From Octopus vulgaris (lineage: Eukaryota): 64,000 nt of DNA. Positions 12,606 through 25,041 of this stretch are shown in pieces (the stretch's first letter is position 1; the number at the start of each line of letters is the position of its first letter). The DNA is taken from contig OX597820.1 of assembly GCA_951406725.2 (NCBI GenBank), forward strand, positions 33,542,001 through 33,606,000, read 5' to 3'. The position numbers and the translations under genes were made by a program. The notes beneath the pieces are model-generated. The model was not told the DNA's origin, ran no database searches, and saw only the letters and a list, made by a program, of their open reading frames with translations.

Positions 12606-12691
12606 GTAAGTGACTTGCCTTCTATTTTTCCTCGTTTTGACCTCTTGTTAGATAGAGATACTCTTTGAATCTCCTTCTCTTTTTCTCACTT

Positions 12692-12774
<83 letters not shown>

Positions 12775-12777
<3 letters not shown>

Positions 12778-13126
12778 GAAATATGATTCCAAACCTTCAG
12801 GGAAAAATTCAATTTAGTAATTCTAAATCAAATTTCACAATATATAATTTATGTATATAAATTATAGAAGAACCACCATGTAGCAATTCAACAATGATAT
12901 ACTTAAATCATATTATATAGAAAAAAATTAAATATACGATAAAACATTTACCCAGAACTAAATAAAGTACGAAATAATAAATAAATAGTATATGATTAGT
13001 AATTATATACTATTTATTTATTATTTAGTTCTGGGTAAGTGTTTTATCGTATATTTAATTTTTTTCTATATAGTATGATTTAAGTATATCATTGTTGAAT
13101 TGCTACATGGTGGTTCTTCTCTAATT

Positions 13127-13131
<5 letters not shown>
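12775..13131. repeat. TA-flanked fold-back element with one-sided tail
   Basis: Arms ~12852-12995 and ~13003-13131. The tail (reverse complement aaattgaatttttccctg) resembles 3060-3100 and 61371-61415. Confidence 0.85.
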
Positions 13132-13199
<68 letters not shown>

Positions 13200-13203
<4 letters not shown>

Positions 13204-13690
13204 TTCTAATATTAGGATAACATTTTTCAAACAAAAATGTTATCAGTGGCCAGCATATTAAAATACCTTTCAAGGTAAAAATATAAACAATTATAAATAA
13301 AGGCAAAAGAAAAAAAATTTCTATGCCAATGTGCTGAAAAATAGATCGTCTAACCGCATATAATATTTTTCACTATAAATACACAGCGTGCTAAAACGGC
13401 GAAAGCAAACCAGCAGAATTTTTTTTTTTTTATTCTTTATCCCGGAATCGGACCGATTACTGGATTAATCCACAAGGATCTTCCTTCTTCAGCGTGTATC
13501 TGAAGAAGGAAGAATCCTTGTGGATTAATCCAGATATCGGTCCGATTCGGGAATAATGAATTTACAAAAAATTCTGCTGGCCTGCCTTCTCGTTTCAGCA
13601 CACTCTGTATTTATAGTGAAAAATATTATATGCGGTTAGACGATCTAGGTCTATTTTTCAGCATATTGGCATAGAAATTTTTTCTTTGCT

Positions 13691-13693
<3 letters not shown>
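13200..13693. repeat. TA-flanked fold-back element with eroded hammerhead-like centre
   Basis: ~200-bp arms centred near 13495; CTGAAGA at 13500, GAAA not recognisable. Confidence 0.8.
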
Positions 13694-13732
<39 letters not shown>

Positions 13733-13733
<1 letters not shown>

Positions 13734-14120
13734 TAGCAGTATCACCCGGTGTTGCTTTGGTTTGTTTCAACCCTTTAGAATTGGAATTTTTGAAAAGTAA
13801 AAATTTTGCATTATGCAACTTGTTATTCTCTTCAAGTGAACATTTTTCCAGTTGAAATACACCGAAAAATGGTGACACAACAGTCAAAAATCGTAAAAAA
13901 TAGGGATTTTCATAGAAAAAAGCACCTTTTTGATGTAAACAATTTTTGGTGTTAACATGGTCCGATTTGAATTTTATCTTCCACAGAATGAAGAGCAAGC
14001 CTTCTTCTATCATACTCTCAATTTTAGTCAACTTGCGCTGCAGGATCTCGGAGGAGATAGTGTTAGTTGAAGGCTACCAAACCTGCCACACACAGACAAC
14101 TTCAGCTTTATATATATTGA
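13733..14120 (-). mobile_element. Non-autonomous Helitron
   Basis: Minus strand starts TC after A and ends gcaacaccgggtgatactgCTAG before T. Confidence 0.7.
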
Positions 14121-14830
14121 TTTGCTACACACCACTTTCCATCCTTAATAATGAAACTTGGTAGATCCAAAAGTTAAACACACAGACACACACGCAGACA
14201 AACACACAGATACACACACAGACACTCAAGTTGAGTTTTATATAAATAGATTTCTCAACGGGGATTTCAGGGGAGAGTTTCAGGGAGTCGCTGGCGATGT
14301 ATCATGATGATCAAAAATCCGGCCTGCTAAAATTTGATTAAAGTGATTCAAACTGCAGACTCAATGCAAAATGGTCACATTTAATTCAAAGCGTTAAAAA
14401 TGTTATGAAAACAGTTGGTATGTGTTCACAAAGTCCAAACGATTAATACGAAAAAACCCTCCAGGCTACATCCCGAAAATTCATTTCTTTGCCGAATTTC
14501 TACAATGTTTACGGCGATTCGTTTTTATATCTTGATTTTTTATTTTACGCATGCTTGCACGCGTGGTGAACACAGTTCACGTCAAACAGCTGACTGAGTA
14601 AAGTTCACTATTCAATGCATGGGATAAGCCCTAAACAAACACATTATCGATTTTTGCACTTGCGAGAGGAATTTCGGAACAGAAATAGCGCAGTTCAATT
14701 TTCATTCGCCTAAACTTTAAGTGACCCATCTTTGGTGGTTCTACGATTTGTTGGCTAGGAGGAGATGTGCCGGGAAGTTAAACACACAGATACACACACA
14801 GACACACAAGTTGAGTTTTATTTATATATA
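14121..14830 (-). mobile_element. Helitron-like fragments
   Basis: Repeated 5'-end motif cacacagacac..aagttgagttttat at ~14215-14250 and ~14790-14830. Confidence 0.5.
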
Positions 14831-14883
<53 letters not shown>

Positions 14884-14885
<2 letters not shown>

Positions 14886-15099
14886 TTTTAGCTGTTTCAG
14901 TCATTTGACTGTGGCTAAGCTGGAGCACCGCCTTTAGTAGAATGAATCGACCCCAGGACTTATTCTTTGTAAGTCTAGTACTTATCTTATTGGGCCCTTT
15001 TGCTGAACCGCTATGTTACGGTGACGTAAACACACCAACATCGGTTGTCAAATGATGGTGCGGGAGACAAACACAGATATACACACATATGTATGTATG

Positions 15100-15138
<39 letters not shown>

Positions 15139-15293
15139 GACGGGCTACTTTCAGTTTCCATCTACCAAATCCACTCACCAGGCTTTGGTCGGCCCAAGGT
15201 TATAGTAGAAGACAATTGCCAAAGGTGCCACGCAGTAGGGCTGAACCCGAAACCATGTGGTTAGGAAGGAAGCTTCTAACCACAGAGCCATCC
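14884..15293 (-). mobile_element. SINE family A
   Basis: Reverse complement of the 8868-9246 type. Confidence 0.88.
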
Positions 15294-15376
15294 TGCAATA
15301 TATATGCCTCTAACTCTCTCTCCCCCCCTCTCTCTCTCTCTCGCTATAAATATAAATATATATATATATATATATA

Positions 15377-15688
15377 AGATAAATCGTTTTTAAGGGTGAA
15401 ATCGAAGTAGAAAAATGTATTCGTAATAGCGGAAAGATTGCTAAATTAAAGAACCGTTTGGATGGAAAAAGTAGACGGTTTCCCGCGTGATTCGGGCCCA
15501 CATTTTCTTTAAACATGGCAGTTGTTGTACCATTATGCCAATGCAATTCTTTAAAATTTCTCCCCCTATTTTTGATGTTTTGCTCTTAACAGCAGGAATT
15601 GTAGGACCGGGCGTTGTTTAAATCGTAAGAATTCAGAAACTGTGTCGTCTACCGTTAAAAATAATTGTGTCGATCTTCTCAGTTCTTA

Positions 15689-15692
<4 letters not shown>
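15377..15692 (-). mobile_element. ~310-bp dispersed repeat (copy 2)
   Basis: Reverse complement of 6276-6588; (TA)n on both sides. Confidence 0.75.
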
Positions 15693-15753
<61 letters not shown>

Positions 15754-15935
15754 TACAAACATTCTATAATTATAAGCATAATTATAATCAGAGGGCCAGC
15801 TAAATCCTTCGCCACTCACCCAAATTAGAAATAAGAATTAAAATACTTTTTCCGCTACCATAAATATCTCCCAGAGAGTAACACTTTTTACGAAGGCAAA
15901 AAGAAAAAAATATCGAATCCACACGACTCAGTTTA

Positions 15936-15996
15936 GCTACATACGCGTTTCGGGATTAAAGTAAAGTTATATTTATTTATTTCTCATCAGTTTTGC
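15936..15996 (-). ncRNA. Hammerhead core, inverted copy with eroded stems
   Basis: Minus strand CTGATGA-ga...tccc-GAAA-cgcg-TA-tgtagc. Confidence 0.6.
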
Positions 15997-16055
15997 GATG
16001 ATGCTTGATCGCGTACATATTTAAATCTAACACTCTCAAATTTATATTTCGAAAT

Positions 16056-16123
16056 GCTGCACTGAAGATGGGAAATAAGTAAGTAAATGTAATTTTACTA
16101 TAATCCCGAAACGCGTATGTAGC
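16056..16123 (+). ncRNA. Type I hammerhead ribozyme
   Basis: gctgca-CTGAAGA-tggga...tccc-GAAA-cgcg-TA-tgtagc; 6-bp stem I (one G.U), palindromic stem III. Confidence 0.8.
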
Positions 16124-16389
16124 TCATCTGAGTCGTGTGGATTCGCTATTTTTTCTTTTGCCTACATAAAAGAAGTGTGTTACTGTCTGGGAGATATTTA
16201 TTGTAGCGGAAAAGGTATTTAACTCCTATTTCTAAATTCGGTGCGTAGCGAAGCAATTAGCTGTCCCCTGATTATAATTATGTTTATAATTATAGAATAT
16301 TTGTATAATTTTACCTAAAAAGATTATTTTAACTACCGAACTACTTGGTAAAATTATTAATTATTAATTAATTAATTAATTTTACCCGT

Positions 16390-16441
<52 letters not shown>

Positions 16442-16475
16442 CATTATTATCATTATTATTATTATTATTATTGTA

Positions 16476-16540
<65 letters not shown>

Positions 16541-16545
16541 CATCA

Positions 16546-16576
<31 letters not shown>

Positions 16577-16578
<2 letters not shown>

Positions 16579-16790
16579 ATCCGAAGTGTACAGTATTATA
16601 TATTACGACATTACGGCTAATCTTAACAATCGGTTTCACGCCAGGGATTCAACGGAGTGTTAAGTAACAATCTGGTTATGTAACCCTGCACTCATCAGAG
16701 TTAGCCGATATGGAATGAAATATGGCCGTAATGGACATATAATAGTGTACACTTCGGGTGGTAAGCCCACTCTATTGACAGATATACCAG
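16577..16790 (-). mobile_element. Hammerhead-like short repeat, copy 2 (core 16615-16706)
   Basis: Minus strand ggctaact-CTGATGA-gtgcaggg...ccctggcgt-GAAA-ccgattgtta-agattagcc, enclosed by ccgaagtgtaca/tgtacacttcgg inverted repeats. Confidence 0.7.
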
Positions 16791-16962
16791 TGCAGGGTTT
16801 AAAAAAAGCCAAAACTAAGCAATGGAGTCGATTCGCTCAACTAAAATTCTCACCGTCGTCGTTGTTACCATTAACTTTAACATCGTCATCACCATCATCA
16901 TCATCATCATCATTATCACTACAATCAACATTAACGTAATGTTTGTTCTTCTCTTCTTTCAG

Positions 16963-17034
16963 AGGAAGGAGTTGAAGTAGATACCATGAGTGATGTATAT
17001 GAAGCAGAAAACAGTAAATCACTAGCAGAACGAG
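16963..17034 (+). CDS. Candidate exon 2 (72 nt, phase 1-1)
   Basis: Acceptor cttctcttctttcag, donor gag|gtacag; (K)EGVEVDTMSDVYEAENSKSLAER in frame with exon 1. Confidence 0.6.
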
Positions 17035-17128
17035 GTACAGTCTACACTATTACTTTAATTTCTATGTGTCTTTGTCTCTTTCTCTCCCCTCTATCTCTCT
17101 CTGTTTCTCTCTCGGTCTCTCTATCTGC

Positions 17129-17164
<36 letters not shown>

Positions 17165-17291
17165 CACATACACACACAAACACACACACACACACATACA
17201 CACATATATATATACATACATATATTCACTATATATGCACACAAATACGTACATATATATATATATACTATATATACATACAAACATACAT

Positions 17292-17348
<57 letters not shown>

Positions 17349-17365
17349 TGTCACTGTATCACTAT

Positions 17366-17660
17366 ATCATTGTACCGACCAGACTATCAGGTGTTGTTCT
17401 AAACCGCTGATCACAATGCGCTACCTACCTCACATGGTTGGAGCTTTCGAATGATTCCATGCCGCTGGTTGGTCGGGCAGGTGAACATTCACCCTCAACA
17501 GGACGCCTGTCCATCGCAGAGGTTATCCATTTACAGCTGAGCGAACTTGAACAACGTGAAATGAAGTGTTTTGCATAACAACACAAGTCATCGACGATCA
17601 GACAAACGAAGCCACCATCATCTGGCGATAGTTAATGCAACACCCTAATTGTTAGGCTGC
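17366..17660 (-). mobile_element. Diverged SINE (family B-like)
   Basis: cagctgag...caacgtgaaatgaagtgttttg body; tail shared with 49358-49440. Confidence 0.6.
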
Positions 17661-17668
17661 GTATATAC

Positions 17669-17867
17669 TCTTACTCTTCACTCTTTTACTTGTTTCAGTC
17701 ATTTGACTGCGGCCATGCTGGAGCACCGCCTTTAGTCGAGCAAATCGACCCCGGGACTTATTCTTTGTAAGCCCAGTACTTATTCTATCGGTCTCTTTTG
17801 CCGAACCGCTAAGTGACGGGGACGTAAACACACCAGCATCGGTTGTCAAGCAATGCTAGGGGGACAA

Positions 17868-17962
<95 letters not shown>

Positions 17963-18018
17963 CGACAGGCTTCTTTCAGTTTCCGTCTACCAAATCCACT
18001 CACAAGGCATTGGTCGGC
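17669..18018 (-). mobile_element. SINE family A, head missing
   Basis: Near-identical to the family A body and tail. Confidence 0.88.
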
Positions 18019-18150
18019 ATATAGATACGTGAGTTGGTTAATGTCGGTCCAATGACAAATGATGTTCAATACATGTCGAGGAGATTCAACTTTTTTTCGC
18101 CCAAGATTTTTAAAACTCAAAGTAAGAGTCTGTTCACCAAACACTATGCC

Positions 18151-18195
18151 CGCGCCTGAAGACGGCAATGATGTGAAACTCGAACCGGTAGGCCG
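18151..18195 (+). ncRNA. Degenerate hammerhead core
   Basis: cgcgc-CTGAAGA-...-GAA-ccgg-TA-ggccg. Confidence 0.4.
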
Positions 18196-18436
18196 AGATT
18201 ACAATTGCCCTTCTACAAGTAATATAAATACTTCAACTCTACCTATCCAGGTACTGAATACTTCTGGAACAGATATCATCACGGCACCACAACTTGACTT
18301 GGAATATACTACCTACTTACATTGGTATATACATATATATACATACATATATATATATATATATATAAAAAAGGAAATGAAGAAAATGCTGACAAATAAT
18401 TGAAGTAATTTAAGTAATTTAATTAGGTGAAAGTTC

Positions 18437-18474
18437 TTTTTACCGGTTGCGCATTTGTTATGCTTATCAAAATA
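18437..18474 (-). ncRNA. Degenerate hammerhead core
   Basis: Minus strand tTGATAA-gcat(aacaa)atgc-GCAA-ccgg-TA-aaaa. Stem II intact, core mutated. Confidence 0.5.
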
Positions 18475-18509
18475 TAAAAGAGAGATTAGAGTCTGTCTCT
18501 TATATGTGA

Positions 18510-18715
18510 AAAAAAGAGGCTCCAGAGTTGTTTGGGATTTGCTTGGTTTCGCGCCTAAAATTTTGATTGGTCATTATGAAGGGGTCACGTGAATGTTTGA
18601 ATGGAAGTTGGTGTTGGGGTAAGAAAAAAGGCTCCAGAGAAGTTAAAATTTGGCTAGTGTCCCGCCTAAAATTTCTTATTGGCCATAATAAAGAGGTCAC
18701 GTGAATGTTTAGAAT
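18510..18715. repeat. 2 x ~112-bp tandem with CCAAT box and E-box
   Basis: ATTGG-15 nt-CACGTG at 18566/18586 and 18678/18698. Confidence 0.7.
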
Positions 18716-18855
18716 TTTCGAAAATAGTGTTGTTGAAAATTCTTATTGTTCAGGCTGGTCAGTAGACGTCATGTGGATATTTTAAATAGCTTTTTAGCGC
18801 GTAGTTAGGGAGTGTATTTTCCGCTTGTGTGCGTGCTCGCCTGTGTATGTGTATA

Positions 18856-19072
18856 TACAAGGGAGCGAGGAAAAGTCCCTGGCTTTGGGTAAAAGGAAAT
18901 ACTGGAGAATCAGTTATGATTTTATTAAACATAATCCCCTCTCATATTCACACGCTTATTGCAGCGTCTCTCAGTTTTTCCAATCCCTGTAAAAGAACTC
19001 GAAAGGTTAGGTCTTCAAACATACCTTTCTCTAGACTTTTCAAGCCAGGACCTGTTCATCACCCCCATTGTA
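18856..19072. mobile_element. Mariner-type MITE
   Basis: Imperfect TIRs tacaaggg...gaaaagtccctggctt / aagccaggacctgttca...ccc.ttgta with TA ends. Confidence 0.65.
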
Positions 19073-19289
19073 TAATGTATGTTTTTATTCATAATTGTTA
19101 TATATAAAATTCAGCGAATCATTAAACAGAAGGATTGTCAGTGCTTTACAATAGACTGAAACAGGTTGGAAACTCCTTCGAAGTAGCCTTCATCAGATTG
19201 CCTATGAAGGTTACATAGCTGAAACTTCGACGGAACTGTTATAAGTTTTGCTCGTGAGTATAATTTAAGCATGTAACTCTCATTAAATT

Positions 19290-19549
19290 GAAATTAACGT
19301 GCAAGAGGCTGAGCACTCCGCAGACACGTGTACCCATTACGTAGTTCTCAGGGAGATTCAGCGTCACACAGAGTGTGATAAGGCTGGCCCTTTTGAAATA
19401 CAGGTACTACACTGTTTTGCCAGCTGAGTGGACTGGATCAACGGAAAATTAAGTATCTTCCTCAAAGACACATCACGCGGCCGGGAATTGAACTTACGTC
19501 CTTGCGATCGTAAGCTGAATACCCTAACCACTAAGCCACGCGCCTTCAC
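19290..19549 (-). mobile_element. SINE family B
   Basis: Head gtgaaggcgcgtggcttagtggttagggtattc on the minus strand. Confidence 0.85.
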
Positions 19550-19799
19550 CCTGTTAAATATAATGCTTATTTATATTGTTTTGAATGAATCATACATTAT
19601 CTCATAGCTTTGAGATTTCAATGATTTGATCGTTTATTCTAAGAATGGCATTGTACTGTAGGTGCGAGAGGCCAGATATCGCCAGTTTGAATATAAAGCA
19701 GGTAGAATATTAGGGTCGGATATAGCCGGTTTAAATACTAAAGAGTTAATGTATCACTATTTCGTATAAAAATATGCACAAAATCAAACTTTACAGGTC

Positions 19800-20230
19800 T
19801 CTTCTTAACCTGAAGGAGCGTCAGTGATATTCACTGCTTCTCCTGCCATATCTCTGCTTGGTTCCGGTTGAATTTTATGTTCATTGTTTTTCTCTCGGTT
19901 ACTCTCTTCTAATGTCGGAGTTTCTCACTGACAACTTTTAGTTCTTGCATAAAGATGAACAGTTTGTGAGTGTCCTCTTTTTGCTGCCTCCAAACATTAC
20001 TTCTTCACTTTTTGTTGGTGAGACGTATTGTGGTTTGTTTGTTTGCACGCAATGAGCATCATCATATGGCTGATGGTCTTTCATAAATCAGCCATCTTTT
20101 TTCTCTATCTTCAAAACCCATGATGATACTTTCTTTGTTGTTTCGGTTTTGTTCACCTTTTGAATGTCGTTCATGTATTGCTTTGCAGTAGTAGACAGGG
20201 CATATAGACAGGCGTTAATCTGCTAGAATA
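19800..20230 (-). pseudogene. Possible decayed N-terminal part of an R4-like LINE ORF
   Basis: Manual translation INACLYALSTTAKQY...SSWVLKIEKK resembles the pre-RT region of R4-type ORFs. Confidence 0.35.
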
Positions 20231-20881
20231 AGAATTCCTTACACTACTGTAAATACTCCTCTCTCCAATTTTGTCAACAGCTTTTAATACTGTATCTGGA
20301 GGGGTTTTTTTTTAAATTATTTTTTTACTTACTCTAGTGGAGAATACTTTCTCTTCGAGAAAGTACTTCCAAGCCAAAGTTACAATTTCTCAGAAAATTT
20401 CAGTAAGAGCAGATTTCACCAATATTATTACTACGACAATAATCATTGCGATTATGCCTACTGTTTGCCATAATCGTAGTAGGGGGACAGTGGTCAGTTA
20501 CTTTAGCCGGCTCGGCAATAAGAGATCGATAGAATAAGTACCAGGCTTTAAAAAAACAGTAAGTACTGGGGTTGATATGTTCGACTATAATATTACGACT
20601 CAGCAAGCAGTCTCATGACGTGAAAAAGTACACTCTGAACAGCAACAAAGAGTAATCTTAGTACTCCAACAAATGCGCTAATGTTGAAGAGCGCGAGAGT
20701 TTGATCGGAAATTTGGATTTAGAGAAACATAATGGGGGTTTGTACTTCAATATATACATGGAATGCTATGCATACGCGCACACACTTACATGCCCCGCCA
20801 CACGCACGCACACAATACACACACAACACACACAAATATCTAAATTTGTAATCATGAATTCCTTTTCTTTTTACATTTCAG

Positions 20882-20926
20882 TTGCTGAAGCCATTTCTGT
20901 TTTCTCTGACGATTCCCTTGCGCCAA
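20882..20926 (+). CDS. Candidate exon 3 (45 nt, phase 1-1)
   Basis: Acceptor ttttctttttacatttcag, donor gtaagt; (V)AEAISVFSDDSLAP. Confidence 0.62.
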
Positions 20927-21549
20927 GTAAGTCTCTCAATAAAGCTATGTCATAAGATACGCAGATATACACACATATATCCGCGTAGAAATACACGTAT
21001 AGTACATACATATACATACTCATGCATGTATGTGCATGTGTTTAGTGGATAAATAAAATGACAGTCCACACAGAAATCTTGCCTGGTGGTTGATCGCGCC
21101 TGTTGTTCCACTAGGTAAAATTCGAGTTGACTGTCATCTCTTCATAGCATAAACGTATCTATTCAAGCTACCACTTCGTATATGGAATTCTGTATCAGCC
21201 AATGTTTGCACTATATATACATATATATAATATCTACTACTATATGTTTTATGATTTATAAAATATTTATATAGTATAGGTTAAAGTTAACTGGTATGTC
21301 GTGAACATCAATTAGAAAAAGGGTAAATTTATAATAACCTTATTCGCAATCAAATAATATATAATAAAACTGAAGTTAAAAAGAACTACTTATTCACATA
21401 CAGACGTAAGCAACGCTGTGTGAAAACATATAAGGAAATAGGGATTTGTGAACGCGTAGATAATTTAGAGGAGGTGCGGGAGTTTATGTACAAGGAAACA
21501 GGAAAATAAATTGCCTGTTTCAAAAATAACAGATTGAAAATATATTTGC

Positions 21550-22030
21550 AACAAAAAGACTTGTTCAGAAATTCTATTCCGTAGGTAAGGCATGTGTCGT
21601 AGAGTGTTCAAGTTAAATTCAAAACTGTCTTAAAAAGCTTGAAAAAATCATGTATATGACAAATGGAAGGTTTTCTATTGACATTGAAAGTATTGGCGAT
21701 CAGTCCAATGAAAGACAGAGGTTGGAAATGAATTTAATTGTGACACAAAAGACAGTTCATTTTCTTGGAAAGTTCCTTTGAGCGGAAATTTATTGGTGTT
21801 GATACGCTTACAGATAGAAGAGAATTGGTGATCATGTTAAGCTTTCAATTTTTAGACGCTGAACGCACTTATAGCTTGAGCAAAATTGTAGGTATTAGAA
21901 TAAAAGCTTCTATATAATTTTGTTTAAGTAGTTTATCGCACTTGTGGTGAAGGACATTTTGAAGAAACGCTTGGCTATAGGAGTAAATTCATTCAGATTG
22001 AAGAGCATACTAAAATAGTCGATGTATTTA
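21550..22030 (-). pseudogene. Decayed Penelope-like element ORF (linker and GIY-YIG region)
   Basis: Ordered frameshifted motifs: NLNEFTPIAKRFF, YSNTYNFAQAISA, FPLKG, FIGLIANTF, FLNK. Compare PLE N.TPI..F, SYS..N..IIS, CPL.G, YIG.T..F, LLNK. Confidence 0.55.
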
Positions 22031-22626
22031 TGTGAAACATTCAGTGGAGGGCGTGCGTGTATTTCCAGTATTTTCTTTTCCTCAGTAAAGAAACTGTTTA
22101 AAAGTTTAGAATTTAGGGGGAAAAATATAGAAAAACTATTCCTTATTTAAATCATTGTTGTGTATCGTGAAATTATAAATCATTGTTGCGTATCGTGAAA
22201 TTATAAAGCATTCGTGTGGATTTTCGATACTTCTTACTCGAATTTCTTTTAATATTCGCAGTGCACCTATATACATCTTATAGAAGGATATTTGAAAACA
22301 TGTTATATAACATATATGTCAATGCACGGTATATGTAAACCATGATTTCATTAAATGTTTGCACACGTGACAGGTTAACATGTTTACTTTTATTTTTAAA
22401 CCATATTTTGCTTCACAAACCACTTCATTTCACGTTGCGCTCCTGTCCACTCAACTGACAAAATGAAGTAATCCTGCGACGGACCAGCGTCCCGTCCAGG
22501 TGGTAATTTGTATACCACGGAAACCAGGAAAGCGGCCTTGTGAGTTTATATACCTCAGGAAAAGGAGCTTTATGCCTTTTATTTATTTATTTTGTTTCAC
22601 AGATTCATAATTCATAGATGCATGCA

Positions 22627-22663
<37 letters not shown>

Positions 22664-23271
22664 ATGTATGTGTGTGTATATGATTCGACTTCCAGCTAAA
22701 TTTTATGTTACATGTTTGCAAGCTATAATGTTGGCAGATTATGAATACAAAGTATAAGACTAGAGAAAATAAGGTGGAATATTTTGCTAATAACATCTTT
22801 ACAAGTGTTTCAGTAACAATCACAAACAGGATTGCATAAGATTAACCTCATGCAATCATGTATCGAACGTCGCTCCATCAGAACTTTCTCATAAATGAAT
22901 TGCTTCAAACTGTATTCTCCAGTCTTACTCTTTGTGCTTATGACTGTGTGCTTAGCCATCACACGAAAGCGAATATGGTGGGGTTGCTTGTACTACGCGT
23001 TTGCTAATTGTTTTAGGTACCTATATAGAAGTGAGCAAACACAGACACACTCATCCTTCAACCATTGACTAAGCCAAACAGCCATGATGTAACCACTGGA
23101 ATGATGGAGCTGTACCAGTTTATTTTCAGCTGAGGAGGCTGCAGTAATATGAAACTAAAAGGCTTGTTCAAGGGCATGACACGCTACGCAGTTTAGGAAT
23201 CAAATCCACAACCTTATTATCGCGAGTCCAACACCCTAACTATCAACCTCAATACACGATTGTACCACGTG

Positions 23272-23436
23272 CAGGCGTGACTTTGTAGTAAGAAGCTTGC
23301 TTCCCAACCACATGGCTCCGGGTCCAGTCCCATTGCATGGCACCTTGGGCAAGTGTCTTCTACTAGAGTCTCGGGCTAACCAAAGCCTTGTGAGTGGATT
23401 TGGTAGACGAAAACTGAAAGAAGCCCGTTGTGTATG

Positions 23437-23522
<86 letters not shown>

Positions 23523-23757
23523 TGTGTGTGTATCTATGTGTTTGAGTATCTTTGTGTCTGTGTTTGTCCACGTATCACCGCTTGACAACGTGTGTTTAAG
23601 TCCCCGTTACATGGCGGTTCGGCAAAAGAAAGCGATAGAATAAGTATAAGGTCGTAAAAACAATAAATCCTGCGGTCGATTTGTTTGACTAAAAGACTTC
23701 AAGGCGGTACTCCAGCATGGCTGCAGTCAAATGACTGAAACAAGTAAAAGAATAAAG
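23272..23757 (+). mobile_element. SINE family A
   Basis: Full length with an expanded internal (TG)n. Confidence 0.88.
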
Positions 23758-23764
23758 GAATATA

Positions 23765-23809
<45 letters not shown>

Positions 23810-23812
<3 letters not shown>

Positions 23813-24258
23813 AGTTAGTTAGTTAATTTGGCTCAAAAGCAAATAGCAAGGCCATGTAGGGGGACATGGAGTTAAGTACAGGGTGGTGTTCATGTAAAGA
23901 GTTCAGGCCACTTGAGGTCAAGGGAGGCTTTGAACAAAGCGGTCGTCGGCATCTTCACCATCTCGTCTGGCAGCTTGTTCCACGGATCCGCAACACGGAC
24001 GGAGAAAGCTCCTCTCCTTCGATTGAGATGAAATCGTCGCAGGTAGAGCTTTTCGGAATGACCCCGCGGCCGACGCTCTGGAGCAGGAGTGAAGAACAGC
24101 TCTTTCGAGAGGTTACACTTTCCGCTTATGATGTTGTGGGCGAGAATGAGATGACCACGGCGGCGGCGTTTTTCAAGAGAATAAAGGTCGAGCGTCCTCA
24201 GCCTTTCTTCATTGGACAAATTTTTGAGACCATGAACCATGCGGGTAGCCAGCTTCTG

Positions 24259-24262
<4 letters not shown>
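23810..24262 (-). mobile_element. CR1 LINE 3' fragment
   Basis: ORF 23890-24240: EERLRTLDLYSLEKRRRRGHLI, RGHSEKL, FSVRVADPWNKLP; (TAAC)n tail. Confidence 0.9.
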
Positions 24263-24314
<52 letters not shown>

Positions 24315-24316
<2 letters not shown>

Positions 24317-24487
24317 GCGCCCTTCTAAAGCCTAGCCAGGCTCATGGGCCCGGTTTCCCAGTTTCCGTGGCGTATGTGTTCCCCAGCTGGATGGGACGCC
24401 AGTCCATCGCAGCGTTACTCACTTTTGCCAGCTGAGTGGACTGGAGCAACGTGAAATGAAGTGTTTTGATCAAGAACACAACGCGTT
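24315..24487 (-). mobile_element. SINE fragment (family B body, alternative tail)
   Basis: Tail matches 50985-51095 and 22420-22560. Confidence 0.75.
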
Positions 24488-24589
24488 TAACTTTTTCACT
24501 GACAATTTCTTTCTTTTTTTCTCTATTCATCTCTCTCTTTCTTTCTCTCTCTCTCTCTAGCTTTCTATCTCTATCTCTCTCCCTCTCTC

Positions 24590-24649
<60 letters not shown>

Positions 24650-24652
<3 letters not shown>

Positions 24653-24680
24653 ATGAAGGACTTACGTCCAAAATTTTATC
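24650..24680 (+). ncRNA. Degenerate hammerhead core
   Basis: CTGATGA-a-ggac(ttac)gtcc-AAAA, consistent with CpG decay of GAAA. Confidence 0.4.
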
Positions 24681-25041
24681 TCCTCCTATTAAAGCGTTAA
24701 GCGTAAGCATTAAATGTTAAACTTTGCCCCTTCTGTGTTATATTTTTCAGTGTTCATTGTTTATACACAAACTATTTAATAGTAATCTCTCGTCTCTACA
24801 ATTTCTTGCTGAACAACCAGCACAAATGATTTGTTTATAATGTTCAGTCGTTTGTGCTGCAGATAAACTCACATGCACCATCACTCCCGCATCGAATGGA
24901 TATTATTTGCACCGGCCCCGCTGTGTCACACGTCAGATATCAAGGTGATCACAGAGCAACCTTTCGGTCCGAGAATCGAACTTACGATCTTGTGATCAAG
25001 AGTGCAACGCCCTAACCATTAGACCACATGCCCTCCCCGAA

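Larger units (their letters stand above)
15752..16390. mobile_element. Fold-back element with two inverted hammerhead cores (diverged arms)
   Basis: Arms ~15753-15990 and ~16062-16307, spacer ~70 bp, unpaired tail to ~16390. Confidence 0.8.

Noticed and set aside
19150-19240. Hammerhead-like fragments (also ~7617-7650 and 45445-45480)
   Set aside because: Too many core positions missing to call individually.
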